This document shows positions 12,485 through 24,848 of a DNA stretch of 64,000 bases, piece after piece. The translations under genes were made by a program, and so were the position numbers. Every line of letters starts with the position of its first letter. Positions within the stretch are counted from its first letter, which is position 1. A model generated the notes under the pieces. That model was not told the origin of the DNA. It made no database searches and saw only the letters and a program-made list of their open reading frames with translations. The DNA is from Amoebophrya sp. A120 (Eukaryota; Protista; Dinoflagellata), in NCBI GenBank assembly GCA_905178155.1, contig CAJINV010000019.1:182965-246964 (forward strand), in the 5' to 3' direction.

Positions 12485-13632
12485 GGTTGGTTTTGTATGC
12501 AGGAAATTCAGTCGCCGGTTGTACCTTCTGTGGTGGAGGAGGAGTACGAGAATAAGTTAAGGCTTCTTTGGCGGTAAATGCTACTGAGAAGGGTCGTGGC
12601 ACAGAAACAAGCAACTACTACTCATGGGACTTCCTTGTTTCCAGTCGATCACTACTAGGTGCGGAACTAATTCGGAACGATAGGGGTCACCTTCGCTAAA
12701 GGCATGCTTTCAATATCAATTATCATGTTTGTTTGTCGCTTTGGCATGATGGATGTGAAACATGTTGTGCGTACAGGTATATTTCTATGCTACGGCGGAA
12801 CCGCTGAAAAAAATGAATTGGTTTTTGTTTTGTATATTCGGTCTGAAGCCGCGTCAAATTCCAAATACGAGGTAGGTTTGTTTTTGTTTTTATATTCAGA
12901 TCGGTCAGAGAATTTCGTTGCGCCAGATGTAGAAAGATCACGACGAAAGAGTAGGGATCGGAAGATTACGCATAGCGCGCCGATGTCAACATGTACGTAT
13001 CAATCTGAACTGCATCATCCTGGTACGCGAGGGCAAGATAACTAGTGTGTGAAAAGGATCTGAACAAACCAATTATTTCCACGCATTCGGAAGTAGATCT
13101 TTCAAGGAGGAGCCTAGTGTGTCTACGAGAGCATGATGAACATCCTTGAACAATGTAATGGATTCAGTTGTTCTAGTTGCATGGAACGCAATGGCTGAGC
13201 ACCTTTTCCCAGCACACAGTGATGTAGTAGAATGGTCATGTCAAGGTGAAGGACGTGATCGATATCATCAAATTCTTGAAATAGGTTTGGAAGTTATAAT
13301 GTTAAGGAACTGTTCTTAGCCCGGACAAAAGTTGCAAATTTCAACTTCTTCGCGACCACCTGGTGCTGCTGGCAAGGTACCTGATAGATGATTCCACTCA
13401 GTTTGATTTTTCGTGAGGACCCATTCGAAAATACAGAGTTTCTGACGCAAGAAGAAAACGAGATAGATAATCTTTTCCTGTGGGGTCGACAGAGATAAAT
13501 CGAATTATTAAGGCATGAAAGCGCATGGAAGTAAGGGGCACGCAAGGAGTTCACAGCAGCCGAGGCGGATCATCAAATTTGCGTATGTTGAGTCAATGTA
13601 CTTACATCTCGTCCTCGTTCCGTCCTCATCTT

Positions 13633-14298
13633 CTAGGCGCCGCACCGATCCGCGGCTGGGACTCCGTTTGTTCCATCCGCAAAAGTGCAGCTCGACTCCT
13701 TGGGACCACAACTTCCAGGAACGAGAGAAGAGCCCTCCACAAGCGCGAGCAAATCAGAAACTTCGGCCTCGATCTTCGCTGCATCTCTGCTCTGCATAGA
13801 GATAGACCCGCACCCGAACATCGCCAACTGATAACGCTGATTTCCACAGCCACCCTCCCCGAACACCGCACGATAATGCTCCCGGAAAGTGTCTGGGCCG
13901 GTCATCTCCATTAGACACAGCAACGTCGGGGCCTCCTTCATTTGTGCGATTTCTTTCGTCAGCCATTTGTTGGCGTTTTCCCGCAGGGAAAAGTATAACT
14001 GTCCGGGCTCCACGACGTTCTCCGTCAACTCTTTTGGAACAGTACTACCCTTCGCCTTCCCGTTCGTGTCGAATGGGTTCTCCATTCTTTCATCAGGGAA
14101 TGTATAGGCAACATAAACAGTATCGATGGTTTTTCCGCCGGAGGAGCGCATTGTGCAGGCACGAATTGCCCTACGGGAGGAATAAAGCACTCGCATGGGG
14201 TGCAATCCTGTCGGAATAACTCTTGTTCTGTATGAAAAAAGAAAAAGCGGACGCACGTTCGTGCAGTGCGATCCCTTGTCTGCTGCTGAAGCCGCCAT
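13633..14298 (-). CDS. Hypothetical protein (~200-220 aa, possibly a short 5' intron)
   Basis: Long ORF with coding-like composition on the same strand as its neighbours; ATG at 14298; no family recognised. Confidence 0.5.
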   Translation of the reverse strand: MAASAADKGSHCTNVRPLFLFSYRTRVIPTGLHPMRVLYSSRRAIRACTMRSSGGKTIDTVYVAYTFPDERMENPFDTNGKAKGSTVPKELTENVVEPGQLYFSLRENANKWLTKEIAQMKEAPTLLCLMEMTGPDTFREHYRAVFGEGGCGNQRYQLAMFGCGSISMQSRDAAKIEAEVSDLLALVEGSSLVPGSCGPKESSCTFADGTNGVPAADRCGA

Positions 14299-15250
14299 CT
14301 TGATGGTGGCGCAGTTTTTCACGGCCAACCTCGAGAGAAACGCCGTAGCACAGATGAAAGAAAATACTCAAGGGGCGACTTCTGTAAAAATATCGGATGT
14401 TACTTGAAATTCGGAATAACAGGATAGGTCGCTACACGAAAGAATGTAGGTTGTGGCTTCGATGGAACTACCGCTGAAAAAGTTAGTGTTCTTTTGGAGC
14501 GTCAGGCCCTTCAAATTCAAATTGTGAATTGTTTCTTGCTTTCACAGGATCGTCGTTCAATCATGAAATTTCCTACTTCCGCAATAAAGTCTTGTCGATC
14601 TTCACAAAGAATAAAGACTCAGCATCAGCAGACGCAGTAGCCATCATTCAACAAAGTTGAAGTGCATTGTCATATTCAACATCATGACGCGGAAGTGAAT
14701 AGAGGTAGTGCATCAGGATCTTCTTCTTGCGCAACCCTCCAACATGTGGCTGAACATAAATTGAGATCGTCCTCTTGCGCGGTCGCGGTCGGACAGCCCT
14801 CTTAGCCGACCCGAGGACCATCCTCACCCGAGAATAGAGCACGGCTGTTGGGTTTCTTCCATAGTGAAAAATCAAAACCTTCAGAACCGGTATGAAAGCA
14901 CTCAATGCTCAGTCACATGATCCAGATCCACCAACAGAAACCTAGGCACCAAAATAGTCTTTCGTGAAAAATCGTGATTGGGATTTTGCATCGTTAATAT
15001 CGTAGGGGTACTTATTATCGCTTCGGCTTCCAGATTTGAAGTTGAAGCTCAAGTTTATGCAGTTTTCGTTTTCGACGTGTTCGACATGAACATAATTTCT
15101 CATACATTCTCGCTTAGTGCAGTTAGTCGCCAAATAAAAAATCTCAATCGCTGTGATATAAAACGGGAAAAATCATGTAGACGGATTCAAATGGTGTAAC
15201 CATGGGTATCGGTATGGTTCTTGTTCGCTTTAATATTATTCAATAACTGT

Positions 15251-15859
15251 TTACAGACTCACGGATGCTTCCACCATCTCCAAATATTCCAAAACATCCT
15301 CCCCGGCATTCCCGAGCTCGGTGACCGTTTTCTTACCTCCCCGCTGCGCTGACACTTTTTCTGAATCGCACTTGAAAACGAACACCGCCTTCTCCTGCAC
15401 CAAGTCTAGCAACCGAATTTCCCGCCCGGTCAGCTCCGAGGGCAGTTTCTCTTGCTGCTTCGCGATCCAGATGCCCGCAGCCTGTCGGGTCGTGAAGCAC
15501 ATCGCGGGAGCGATCTTTTGCAGACAGGCGTACAGCTCGGCGTAGGTGGTCTTTCCGATGGGGATACGACCGGCCAGCTCGTAGCAGAGAAACACCGTTT
15601 GCTCTTTAATGTCGTACTGGGTGCTGGGATCATCGCGAATATTTGTGGAGTTTCTTGGGTCGTTTGTTCCAGCGTCGCTACAATTTGTTGTTGGTCTCCT
15701 CCTCTCCTGGACTTTGACATTGGTACAGCAGGTCACAACGTGGCTAAATACCTCGTAGGACACGTTGTACGGGTAGGTTTCACATGTGGTAGTGCAGTGC
15801 ACCACGCTGACGATACACAGCGGACGCCAGTCGCGCTGCTCGGATTTTGTTGCTGACAT
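15251..15859 (-). CDS. Hypothetical protein (202 aa)
   Basis: Uninterrupted ATG-started ORF on the gene strand; C-terminal half looks globular; no family recognised. Confidence 0.45.
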   Translation of the reverse strand: MSATKSEQRDWRPLCIVSVVHCTTTCETYPYNVSYEVFSHVVTCCTNVKVQERRRPTTNCSDAGTNDPRNSTNIRDDPSTQYDIKEQTVFLCYELAGRIPIGKTTYAELYACLQKIAPAMCFTTRQAAGIWIAKQQEKLPSELTGREIRLLDLVQEKAVFVFKCDSEKVSAQRGGKKTVTELGNAGEDVLEYLEMVEASVSL

Positions 15860-17248
15860 AGTACTGGTGTCGCTTCAGGAACGGATGAGGAGTTGTAGGA
15901 ATTTTTTCTGTTGAAGATTACGGACTACGGACTCGCTCCTGCGGTGTCGCGGCTGGATCAAAAAAACGTGGCAGAGCTGTGAATTTTTTGGAAACGCTGT
16001 GGTCTAGTATGTCGTATGTATCTAAATGTATTTCAGTAGTACTGAACGAGGACACAACTCTCAACAAAACAATGTAGACTAGAAACGAGATATCAAAGGC
16101 ATTGTATGAAAGGAACTGCTCATCTACTATGATTGCACAACACAAGCATTGCAAGAAGCGGGCATGATCAGATTTTCGCTTTTGCACAACAGCACAATAA
16201 GTAGAGAAGCAGACAAGTCACACTAGTAAGTAGTGCTGACACCAAGCCGCTGTTAACGAGAAAATAAATACTGAGATCAATAGAAGTGCTTCGTCTGCCT
16301 ACGGTAAATAAGCATACAGGTCTGTTGTGCGCTTGTGGTGGCTGGGACCATGATCTATAGTAGCTATGATATCACTAAACGCCTCGTAGTACTAGACAAA
16401 ATGTTGTAGTAGGGATCGTTTTTCTTGTTGAGCTAGACGAGAAATAGATCATGATCATCACGCAAGAACGAGAGAGCTGCCATCGCGATCTGCTAGAACC
16501 TGTTCGCGGAACAAACACTGCTCATCCTGTGTTTTTTAGATCCTCATGATAGTCAGAACGTCGCACGCACTAGAGAGTGAAAAACAAAACTACTAGAGGG
16601 CGCAGATCTATAGCTGGAAAAGAGGACAAACGTCGTGATCCTTGTTGATGGAGATCTTTTCGTGCGCTGGTCCTTCTTCTGGTTCTGGCTGTAAAATGTT
16701 GACCACCTCCGGAACGAGATCTTACTACGAGACATCTCTGTTTTTTTTTATCCTTCTTGTCGTGCCGCTCCATATCGGACCAGCACCACATCTTTGGTTG
16801 GCAAACCACGAGGACATCAACACATCATGAAGAACTCTGGTCTACTTGCCCTTGCGCTTGATGTTGCCACAGGAGCAAATACGTGCATCAACACTCCTCT
16901 GCCTGCAAGGAGCTCCTGCAACAAGGTAGAACAAGTGTGCTGTACTACATTCGTAAACATTATGGTCGTGTTTTTTCCGTTCCAAATCCATTTCGAGTCA
17001 TGGGAGGTCGTACATCGACTATGAACAGAGTCTACTTCCGGTCGTGTAGAAGTCAAATGGTTAGACTCCACGTAACATCAAATGAGCCATAGAGGAGAAC
17101 ATCATAAAAACGGAGAAGACGACGAAACTAACACCACGACCAGCGAATCAAATTTCTATTCGCTACTCCTTTCCCGGCCGCGTGGTTTGTTTCGCTAGTG
17201 TCCTTCTCGACCGTCTCCGAAATAAACAAAGTACTTCTTTGTTGGAAC

Positions 17249-20200
17249 TCACTCCGTCTTCGCCCGTTTGGCGTCCGGTGGTCCTCCGTCGTTGAAACCG
17301 CCGGTGGCTATCCTGAGTAAAAACGTACCCACACCAGAGTTGTAATGCAGATTTGCACAGACAGGAAGACTTGTAATGCGCATCCGCATGAGAGCCATTT
17401 CCAGTCGTGTTTTGGAATTTGTGATGCTGTGAACAGGATGAGCAGATGGATCTGTGATGCGGCTGCACTTGCTAGTCTGCACTACACTGCAGAGTGCAAC
17501 TTGTCATGCGTGACTCACAAAACTCCTAGGTTTGTGTTGCAAAATCCCCATCCTGACTCTGGTGTGGGTACGTTTTTACTCAGGATAGCGGCGCCCATTT
17601 GTTTATCAAACGCCGTTATGAAATACAAAAGCATCGCACTAGTATAAACCGCATGACAAATTTCCTCAGCATGAGAAATAACATTTGTAATGCGGATTTA
17701 ACTTGACAAAGAAATTTGCAATGCATGACTGCGATTACTACGAGTACGATACTTTTGCAGTTCATAGCCTTGATCGCGTCCATGACGAAGTTTTTCCCTT
17801 TGCCCTGGTCTACCGCCGCGTTTATTATCTCCCCCTTCTTGCCCCCGATCTTCCCCGCCAGTTGCCGCAGCTGGGCTTTCTCCGCTTCGGCCGGCCCGGA
17901 CGGGGTGTTGTTCGTGTTCGTACTCTGGATATGGGTATCCTGTGCAAAAGTAGCATCTACTTTAATATCGCATTTTTCGCAGGCGTAGTACCCTGACAGT
18001 GCAGTTTATTTTACATGAAAGTAAAGACAAACCTCGCTTCTGCACAAAATCCGCATTAATTACAGTTTTTTCATATCTTTTCCTCGTCCACCTCTTCGGA
18101 ATTGTGATTGCAAAGCAATGCCTGCTAGAGCGATATTATTTCTAAATACTTTTGCAAAAATGCATAGATGGACATGATGTCTGCTCCCTCTGCCTTCACT
18201 TTCTCCATTAGATCCTTCACTGCCTCCTTGTCGTTGAGGTCACGAAGTCGCGCGATTTCAAATTTCAACGCCTCCGGCTGCTGAATCAGTTCCCGTACCC
18301 TCTCCTTGCTCAGAAAGTTCCGGTCCGTCTCCATCAGCTGCAGCTGCACCGGAGCATTTGATGGTCCACCGCCGCCGCCCATTGGGTTGCTGGACATTGA
18401 TTTCCCCCCGCCGAGAAAGCCGCCCTTCATGTTCCCGAAATCGGGTCCGCCTTCCGGCCCCTATCAAATGTAAAAGTGTCTGGGTCTGGAAGAGTCATGC
18501 TGTTTCTGCATGACACAGAAGGTCTGGCATGGAAGCTCTAGCATCACAGGTTTCGAGAAGCTTCCGCAATGCCGAATCCGCATGACAAATCCCCCACATT
18601 GGTGACAGAAAGTGAGCAGCTTTTGCTGCCTATGTATCAGAGATTTTTGTGTGTTCTGAAATGCGCATCACAAGTTACATCCTTCCAGACCCAGACAATT
18701 TTACATTTGATAGCCCCATGCCTTTTCCTAGTCCTTGTTTGCTCTTCTGGCCGATGGCTTGTATGATGTTTTGCTGCTCGTCGAAACTTGTGCAGTGAAA
18801 AAGTAGTACCGCACGACTGCTTGCAAAAGAGATTTTAATATACGAAAACTGTTCTCAAAAACAAAAATCGACTGTTGTGTCATGCAGATTCAGCTTAGAA
18901 TTAGAATGAAGCAGTTCTGTTTGCTCATGCAGATCATCAACTGCAGTTCCTATACAGTAGTGCGAAGATTATACTTTTTCAATGCGTAAATCCCTTCTGC
19001 AGCAACTTGTCCACGCCCTCGGGACCGCCCTTCGAGAGCAGGAACTCGATCACGTAGGGAGGTAGATTCCCCGCTTCGGGGTGTAAGCCGGCGAGGGCTG
19101 GATTGGTGGGTCCTTTACTAATGCTGCCCGGTCCACCCTTCATGCCGCCGCCGCCCCAGGAACTGCTTTCCTTGCCGGAGTTACTGTGCTTGTCGAAGGA
19201 CTTGTTGTGCCACTTGTCAAACGGGCCGCCGCCTTTCAGGTTGTAGTAGTTATCGCCCTTGGGATTACTACTTCCACCCCAGCCGTCCTTCCCGCCCGAA
19301 CTGTTCCAATCGTGGTCCTTTCCGCCTTTGCCCCAAGCATCCGGCCCTTTCGGCCAGTGCCTCGGGGACTTCCCCCACTTGCCCTTTGGTGCGCCCCAGC
19401 CCTTGCTGGGATCCATTTCGGGGGAAAGCCGCGGGGTCGGCATGCCCTTCGGCTGCTGCATGCCCTGGGGCATGATTGACGGGCCCTTCATGCTGTTCGG
19501 CGACGGGCCTGCTCCGCCGGGTAGCGGTGGCATCATCGGTCCTCCGGGGCCCCCCTTGTTTCCCGCCATGGGGACGACGGCGTTGGGGTTCAGTTTCAGC
19601 ATGATCTCGTGCAGCTTCGCTTTGCCGGATTCGGTTAATGACACAAACATCTGGTCGTCGGTTGCCGCCTCGATTTGAAAAAAATCCTTGTTTTCCTTCC
19701 CCAGGGCTTGGGTGAGCAGCTTCACAAACTTGGGTAGGTCGATGGAGAACGCGGGGAGGCTCTGCAGATAGTCCTTGTAAAAGGAAGCGCACTGTTGAAA
19801 ATGATTGTTGTTTTTCGCTTTTATTTCTTGTGTCATGTACTATGTCTTGCAACACAAACCAATTTTGCCATGCACTGTCTTGCATTCCACACATAAGAAG
19901 ATAGATGAAGAACATAAACATCTATCAAATCTATACCGGTTTATCCACGCACTCCTTCTTTACTAACTCGTGAAAGGCGATGAAGAGTGGATTCCTTTCG
20001 CCCGCGCACAGCTTTATCTTCCCTGGTGAGGCGTCCCATATGTGCTTCTGGCCTTCCAGCACCCGTCCCTTCTCGCCGTCGAAACACCGGAGAAAATCGA
20101 CGCACAACTGGGCCTTCAGTTCGTATACCTTGCAGATCTGCTGCAGGGCGAGCTTCCACAGTGCAAATGTGCGATTGCGCCTGAGGGAGGTTTTATTTTC

Positions 20201-22009
20201 TCATCATGATTTTATTTTTGATGGAGATGATGAACTTTGGTCAAAATTCTTGCAGTTTTCTTTTTCAGTAGGTACGCAAGATCACATCACTATCAACACG
20301 GTGCAACCGCCCAAGTAAAAAATTTTACTTCTAGTATAGATACGTATGCCAAGAGTCAAGTCATCTTACCTTCCCCGCAGCCACGCCTCGACTATATTTC
20401 CGCCCTGCTTTTTCACCACCTTTTGCTGTTCCGCAGTTAAATCCTCCGGCATTTTGAAATAATGGTCCGTTAACCGCTGGCACCACGTTTGCAAGATGGG
20501 CACCTTCTTCAACGCCGGGAGCGGTTTGGGGCCGGACCTCCCTAGGCTGATGGAGCAACCCAGGGCAAAGAAGAAACGCGTTTTTCTCTGGTAGTCGTCA
20601 TCATCCTTGGCGAACGCGAGAAGTGCGGACCCCGAGATCTCCTTCATCAACTCTTGGAGGCGCTTTTGCTGTTTTTTAGAAATGTTGATTTTCTCCTGGT
20701 CTTGAAATTGCGTAATATTGGTAAATGGGATTTTTTCCAACACTTTTCTTTTCTTATCGAGATTCTTGCTTGTCGATAAAATTTTTGTTCGCATGGTGGT
20801 ACGATCTATCAAAGGTGCGATTTTTTGAGTAGCGGACACTACAACATCCTTTTTTCACAATACCCCCAAAAGGAAACTCAAAAATTGTACCATGGAATTG
20901 GCTTCTTTTTCACTGCCGAAATTGTTCGTCTCGACGTCGTTTAGCCAGGAAACTAACCTATCCGTTACCAACTTTACCGCCTCGGGCAAGACGATTTTCT
21001 TCATCATCGGAAAACACTCGATGATAACCTGATTGAATTTTCAACTGCAAGAAATGCGTTTTCTCATTTTTGTACGTGTTTCTTATTTTCATTTGACAAA
21101 AATATGCGAATAACGACGGAACTCGCGGTTCTCATGCGAAAAAACGCATCTGCGCGTGAATGCTGCAAAAGCTGCAAGTTTCGCCGCAGTGAAAGTGCAT
21201 CATACCGTTGTGATTCAGATTCTGAAAATTTGAAAACCGACGGTATGATGTATTTTCAAATAAAACAAACAGCCAACACGTCAATCACGAGCTAATGGTG
21301 AGTTTATAAAAAATTCATGCAAGAATACAAACCTCAATCACGGCCTGAATGCGTTTTCTTCATTTTCGCGAGAGTACTTAAATGCAGTTCTATATGGAGT
21401 CACGATTTTGTAGAATCAATGAAATTTTTTGGCGATAAAGGACAAAAATTAAAAGTTTTCATCAAGAACCATCACCTAGTAGGTACTTACAATTGCAAGT
21501 TGACAAATATCAATCTAGTACCTGTTGGTCCTCCGGCTCTGCGGACTGAAATTTTGGGATGACGAGCCGAATGCACTCAATTCGGTGTCTATCGCAAGAA
21601 AAAGCTGCTTCACTGTAAACTTGTGATGCAGGAGAGAGACAATGAGATGCAGTTGCACAGAGGGGTCGTTTACCTTGCTATTTACAAAACTACATGTTGC
21701 AAGACAATCGGGGATGTTTAGCCGTGTTTTTATCTTTCCCGAGGAAGGACGACCGGCGCATGGCAATTTTTTTCATCATGTTGTAGAAAAGCAGACATTT
21801 GTGAAATACTTACAAGTACAACACAGAGAAGCACTTTATATTCTTCTTGGATACTTCCGCACTTCTTCGGGTAGATCACTCAGTGCGGAGGCGAAATCTT
21901 CTTCATCAATCGCCTTGGTCGTCATTGCGGTAATGTCCTCCCCGCTCAAGGCTTGCTTGTCCTGCGCTCCCGCGCTGGGGGACTTCGTAGCCGCGTCCGC
22001 GCCGGTCAT
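17249..22009 (-). CDS. Multi-exon hypothetical protein with helical N-terminal part and a Gly/Pro/Lys (KGG/WGK) low-complexity region, possibly RNA-associated
   Basis: Exons join in frame at the junctions checked: MTGADAATK..EEVRK|HRIECIRLVIPKF..DQQ|VIIECFPMMKK.. through ..GGFNDGGPPDAKRAKTE* (stop 17249). Six introner-type and several GT-AG introns. Confidence 0.7.
17309..17587. mobile_element. Introner family D
   Basis: Perfect 32-bp TIR; TSD GTGGC/GCGGC; near copy at 59583. Confidence 0.93.
17617..17766. mobile_element. Introner family B
   Basis: TSD GCCGT/GCCTT. Confidence 0.88.
17936..18166. mobile_element. Introner family B, decayed
   Basis: TIR remnants; TSD imperfect and offset by one base. 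Confidence 0.7.
18462..18712. mobile_element. Introner family A
   Basis: TSD GCCCC; near copy at 60818. Confidence 0.93.
18789..18988. mobile_element. Decayed B-like introner
   Basis: Ends TGTGCAGTGAAAAAGTA / TACTTTTTCAATGCGTA; flanks AAACT/AATCC; frame restored on removal. Confidence 0.65.
21590..21853. mobile_element. Introner family E, decayed, now forming GT-AG intron 21589-21854
   Basis: Similar to 54135-54343; TSD not retained. Confidence 0.75.
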
Positions 22010-24848
22010 TGTCGATTTTTTCCTTGTTCTTCACTTGAAGATGGAGTTGTTGTCGGTATTCAAGTAGAACTAAGAGTACTTGTCGTCCGTCTGCAGGACG
22101 AGTCGTATCGAGAAATTGGTCGTGGTCTTATTCTTGTTTCTCTTCCTTCTACTTCCAGTTTCGTCCGACTAGATGTTGTTCTGGCACGAGGACCAGGTGT
22201 GAGGAACACTTGGTCGCTGATGTTACTGATGGTGGCACTTGTTCGAGGAAAACCAAAACAGGGCGTCAGGGTCAGCGACCGGTACTTCTATATCGCTCTT
22301 CTTCGTCCTATGTAAAAGGTGGTGTCCTGGTGGTCCGTCGACGTGGTGAAGAGGAATTCGAATTTTTGACGTGCTCGGCGACGAAATGTTGCGAGATGTA
22401 CTTCTTTTATTTATGAGCGGCGATGTAGCACCACAGGCACAGGCGGATTGCTTTCAATTAATATTGTTCACTCAACCACTGCATCAGCAGAGTTGCTTTT
22501 TTCCGTCCTCGTCGCTCCGGCGATTTCGTTGTGGAACCAAGAGGTCGGGAGTAAGTAACTTCTTTGTCAAGCTGCTGGTGCACTGCTGTCTTGTCGCTAC
22601 TTTGTGCTGCCGCTGCGATGAGTATTACTTTCGGAGTCCGCCGTGGTGAACTGCAACTGCTCCTGATGTGCAGCTCCGTATAATCTACTGATCCCCCTAG
22701 TTGTATCGGAGACGCACACGTCGCAAGAAGTGCACTAGCAGGAATCGCTGGCGCGTGCTGGAGTTGTCAAAAGTACTCAACTGTACTGGGAAGTTTTTTT
22801 TAATTTTTCATCCAAGTAGATGTTTGCTTGTTTAATGTTTCCTCGAAAGAAGTATGATCCTCTTCAGAAACTGCTCTCACACGATCTGTGAAAGTAGGAC
22901 GGGAGAAGGATTTTTTTCTTTGCTTGTGCGGTTATCAATACCAACAAAATACGCATCCAGCACTTTCTTGCAAGACCCTTTATTAGTGCTGGGAATTCCT
23001 CGAAATTTCAAGTCGACAAGAATACATTCCAAGTGAACTACTACCCGACCAGAGGATGACAACTTGGTCAGAGTTCTGTGCGTTTGCGATACAAAGAGAT
23101 GGCGTCGACGTCCCAAATAAATTTTCTACGACTAGTACGTCCTTGCGCTGAACGACAAAAGATACTTCTGTGGAGGTCGCGAAGGGTATCATTCAGGACA
23201 ACTAGTTTCGACAAATCAAATCTTATTGCGAAATTGAATGGGAATTACTACATGCTAAGTGTCGCGCACTAGTGAAACAACAAGGAGGTCGTGTCGTGTC
23301 TGTGTGTAGCCTGTGGATTAAGTCGATTACAAGATGCTGGCTCTTAGTCCGCTAGAGTACTAGCAAGAGATCCCGATCCCCCAAATTGATTCTTCGCCAT
23401 TCGAAAAGACCACGGCGCAACATCAACTTCAGGCCAGAATAATATTACACAATGCCTTATTTTCCACCGCCAGCTCGTCAGACTGCAAAATCATATCAAT
23501 TTCTATTCCCGCCATACATCAATTTTGTTTCGATGTTAGCCGTACCACTAGTCTATCTACTTCGATGTTGCTTGTGGTGCCAGTGGGTCCGATCTTGAAC
23601 ACTGAAAAAACCAACAGATTTTTGTATTTTTTCGAAATTTCTCCTGTCGCAAGCTCGAGAGTTACTCAGTTGTGGCAAGCCGAGTAGTCTGAACTAGTTT
23701 CTCAATTGCAGAAAAAAACCACACGCTGTCTGTCCTCTGTGGCGGTAGTTCATCTCGACAGATTTGTCTTTGAAGAAGTTTCATGTCACTTGCTGGTGCT
23801 GTTTCTACTTTCAAATCTGAGCGCTTTTATTGTCGGAGATAACATCATTCTCATTTCAAGCATCCGCATTCTTTCGCTCATCTTGTTGCGCACAGGTGAT
23901 GGTGATGATCGTCCAAGCACCATAACAATACATCTCATTCTCGCACATGTCTGCCTCTGCGAGTGACTAGTACTAGTTCATCGCGTGCTGCTGTTGTAGT
24001 TGTATCGCTTCTAGTTCGTTCTACTACACGCTCATGTGGCCGTCGAGTGCTATAGTTTATACTGAAGCTATGTTAACTCAAAGAGCTGCTAGTACGGATT
24101 TTATCTACCACCTTCTTCGCGGTTTATTGATTATATTACAACTACCTTCTGGCTGAAAACTAGATTTGGATCCGGATCTCCATTTTTACTTCTCGAGTCC
24201 TAAATATCGAACGGCTTCATTTCGACGAGCATCGTTCTCTCACTCTTAGTATTTCTGTCGCGCAGCTAGGCAATTCTTCAAATTCATGTTCTTACTTTAT
24301 TGAATAGGAATTTTCTTGTTAGGCAGTCAACATCAGAGTGCAACATGGAAAATCCTGAATCCCATGAGAGCCCCTGGCTACCTACTTATTGACGATGCCT
24401 GCTAACACGAAGAATTAAAGTACCCCACTGCTGAGAAAAAACTCGTGGAAAAAAGCTCGGTCAAGTATCTACTACTCCAGAAAAAAAATGAGGTCGAACA
24501 AGGAAGTGCTCGATGTGTCAATGAATGCAAATATGTTCAAACTACGGAAAAAAAGAAAAAAACTGTGTACCTGAAAAACTACTAAAAACAAAAACTAGAC
24601 AGCGTCAGTGCCTGTCTGCTGCAGGTTGATATCCTGCAAAGTTGGAAACTACAGTAAAACCTTCTAACAACAACAAATAAATACGTCCATCGAATGGAAA
24701 TAGGGTCGGCTAATTTAGAAGAAGGCTCGAGCTGCACCAGCACCCCGTTCTTTCGTCGAGCAATTTGCGCGTACAGCAAGCAAAGTAAAAGTGCAACTTA
24801 TCTCGATTTTCTCTATCTAGTACTACAATTACAAAGACCTAAGGTTTC

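Noticed and set aside
11724-12560. Long plus-strand ORFs (also 30036-30899 and 47649-48416)
   Set aside because: Antisense shadows of minus-strand exons.
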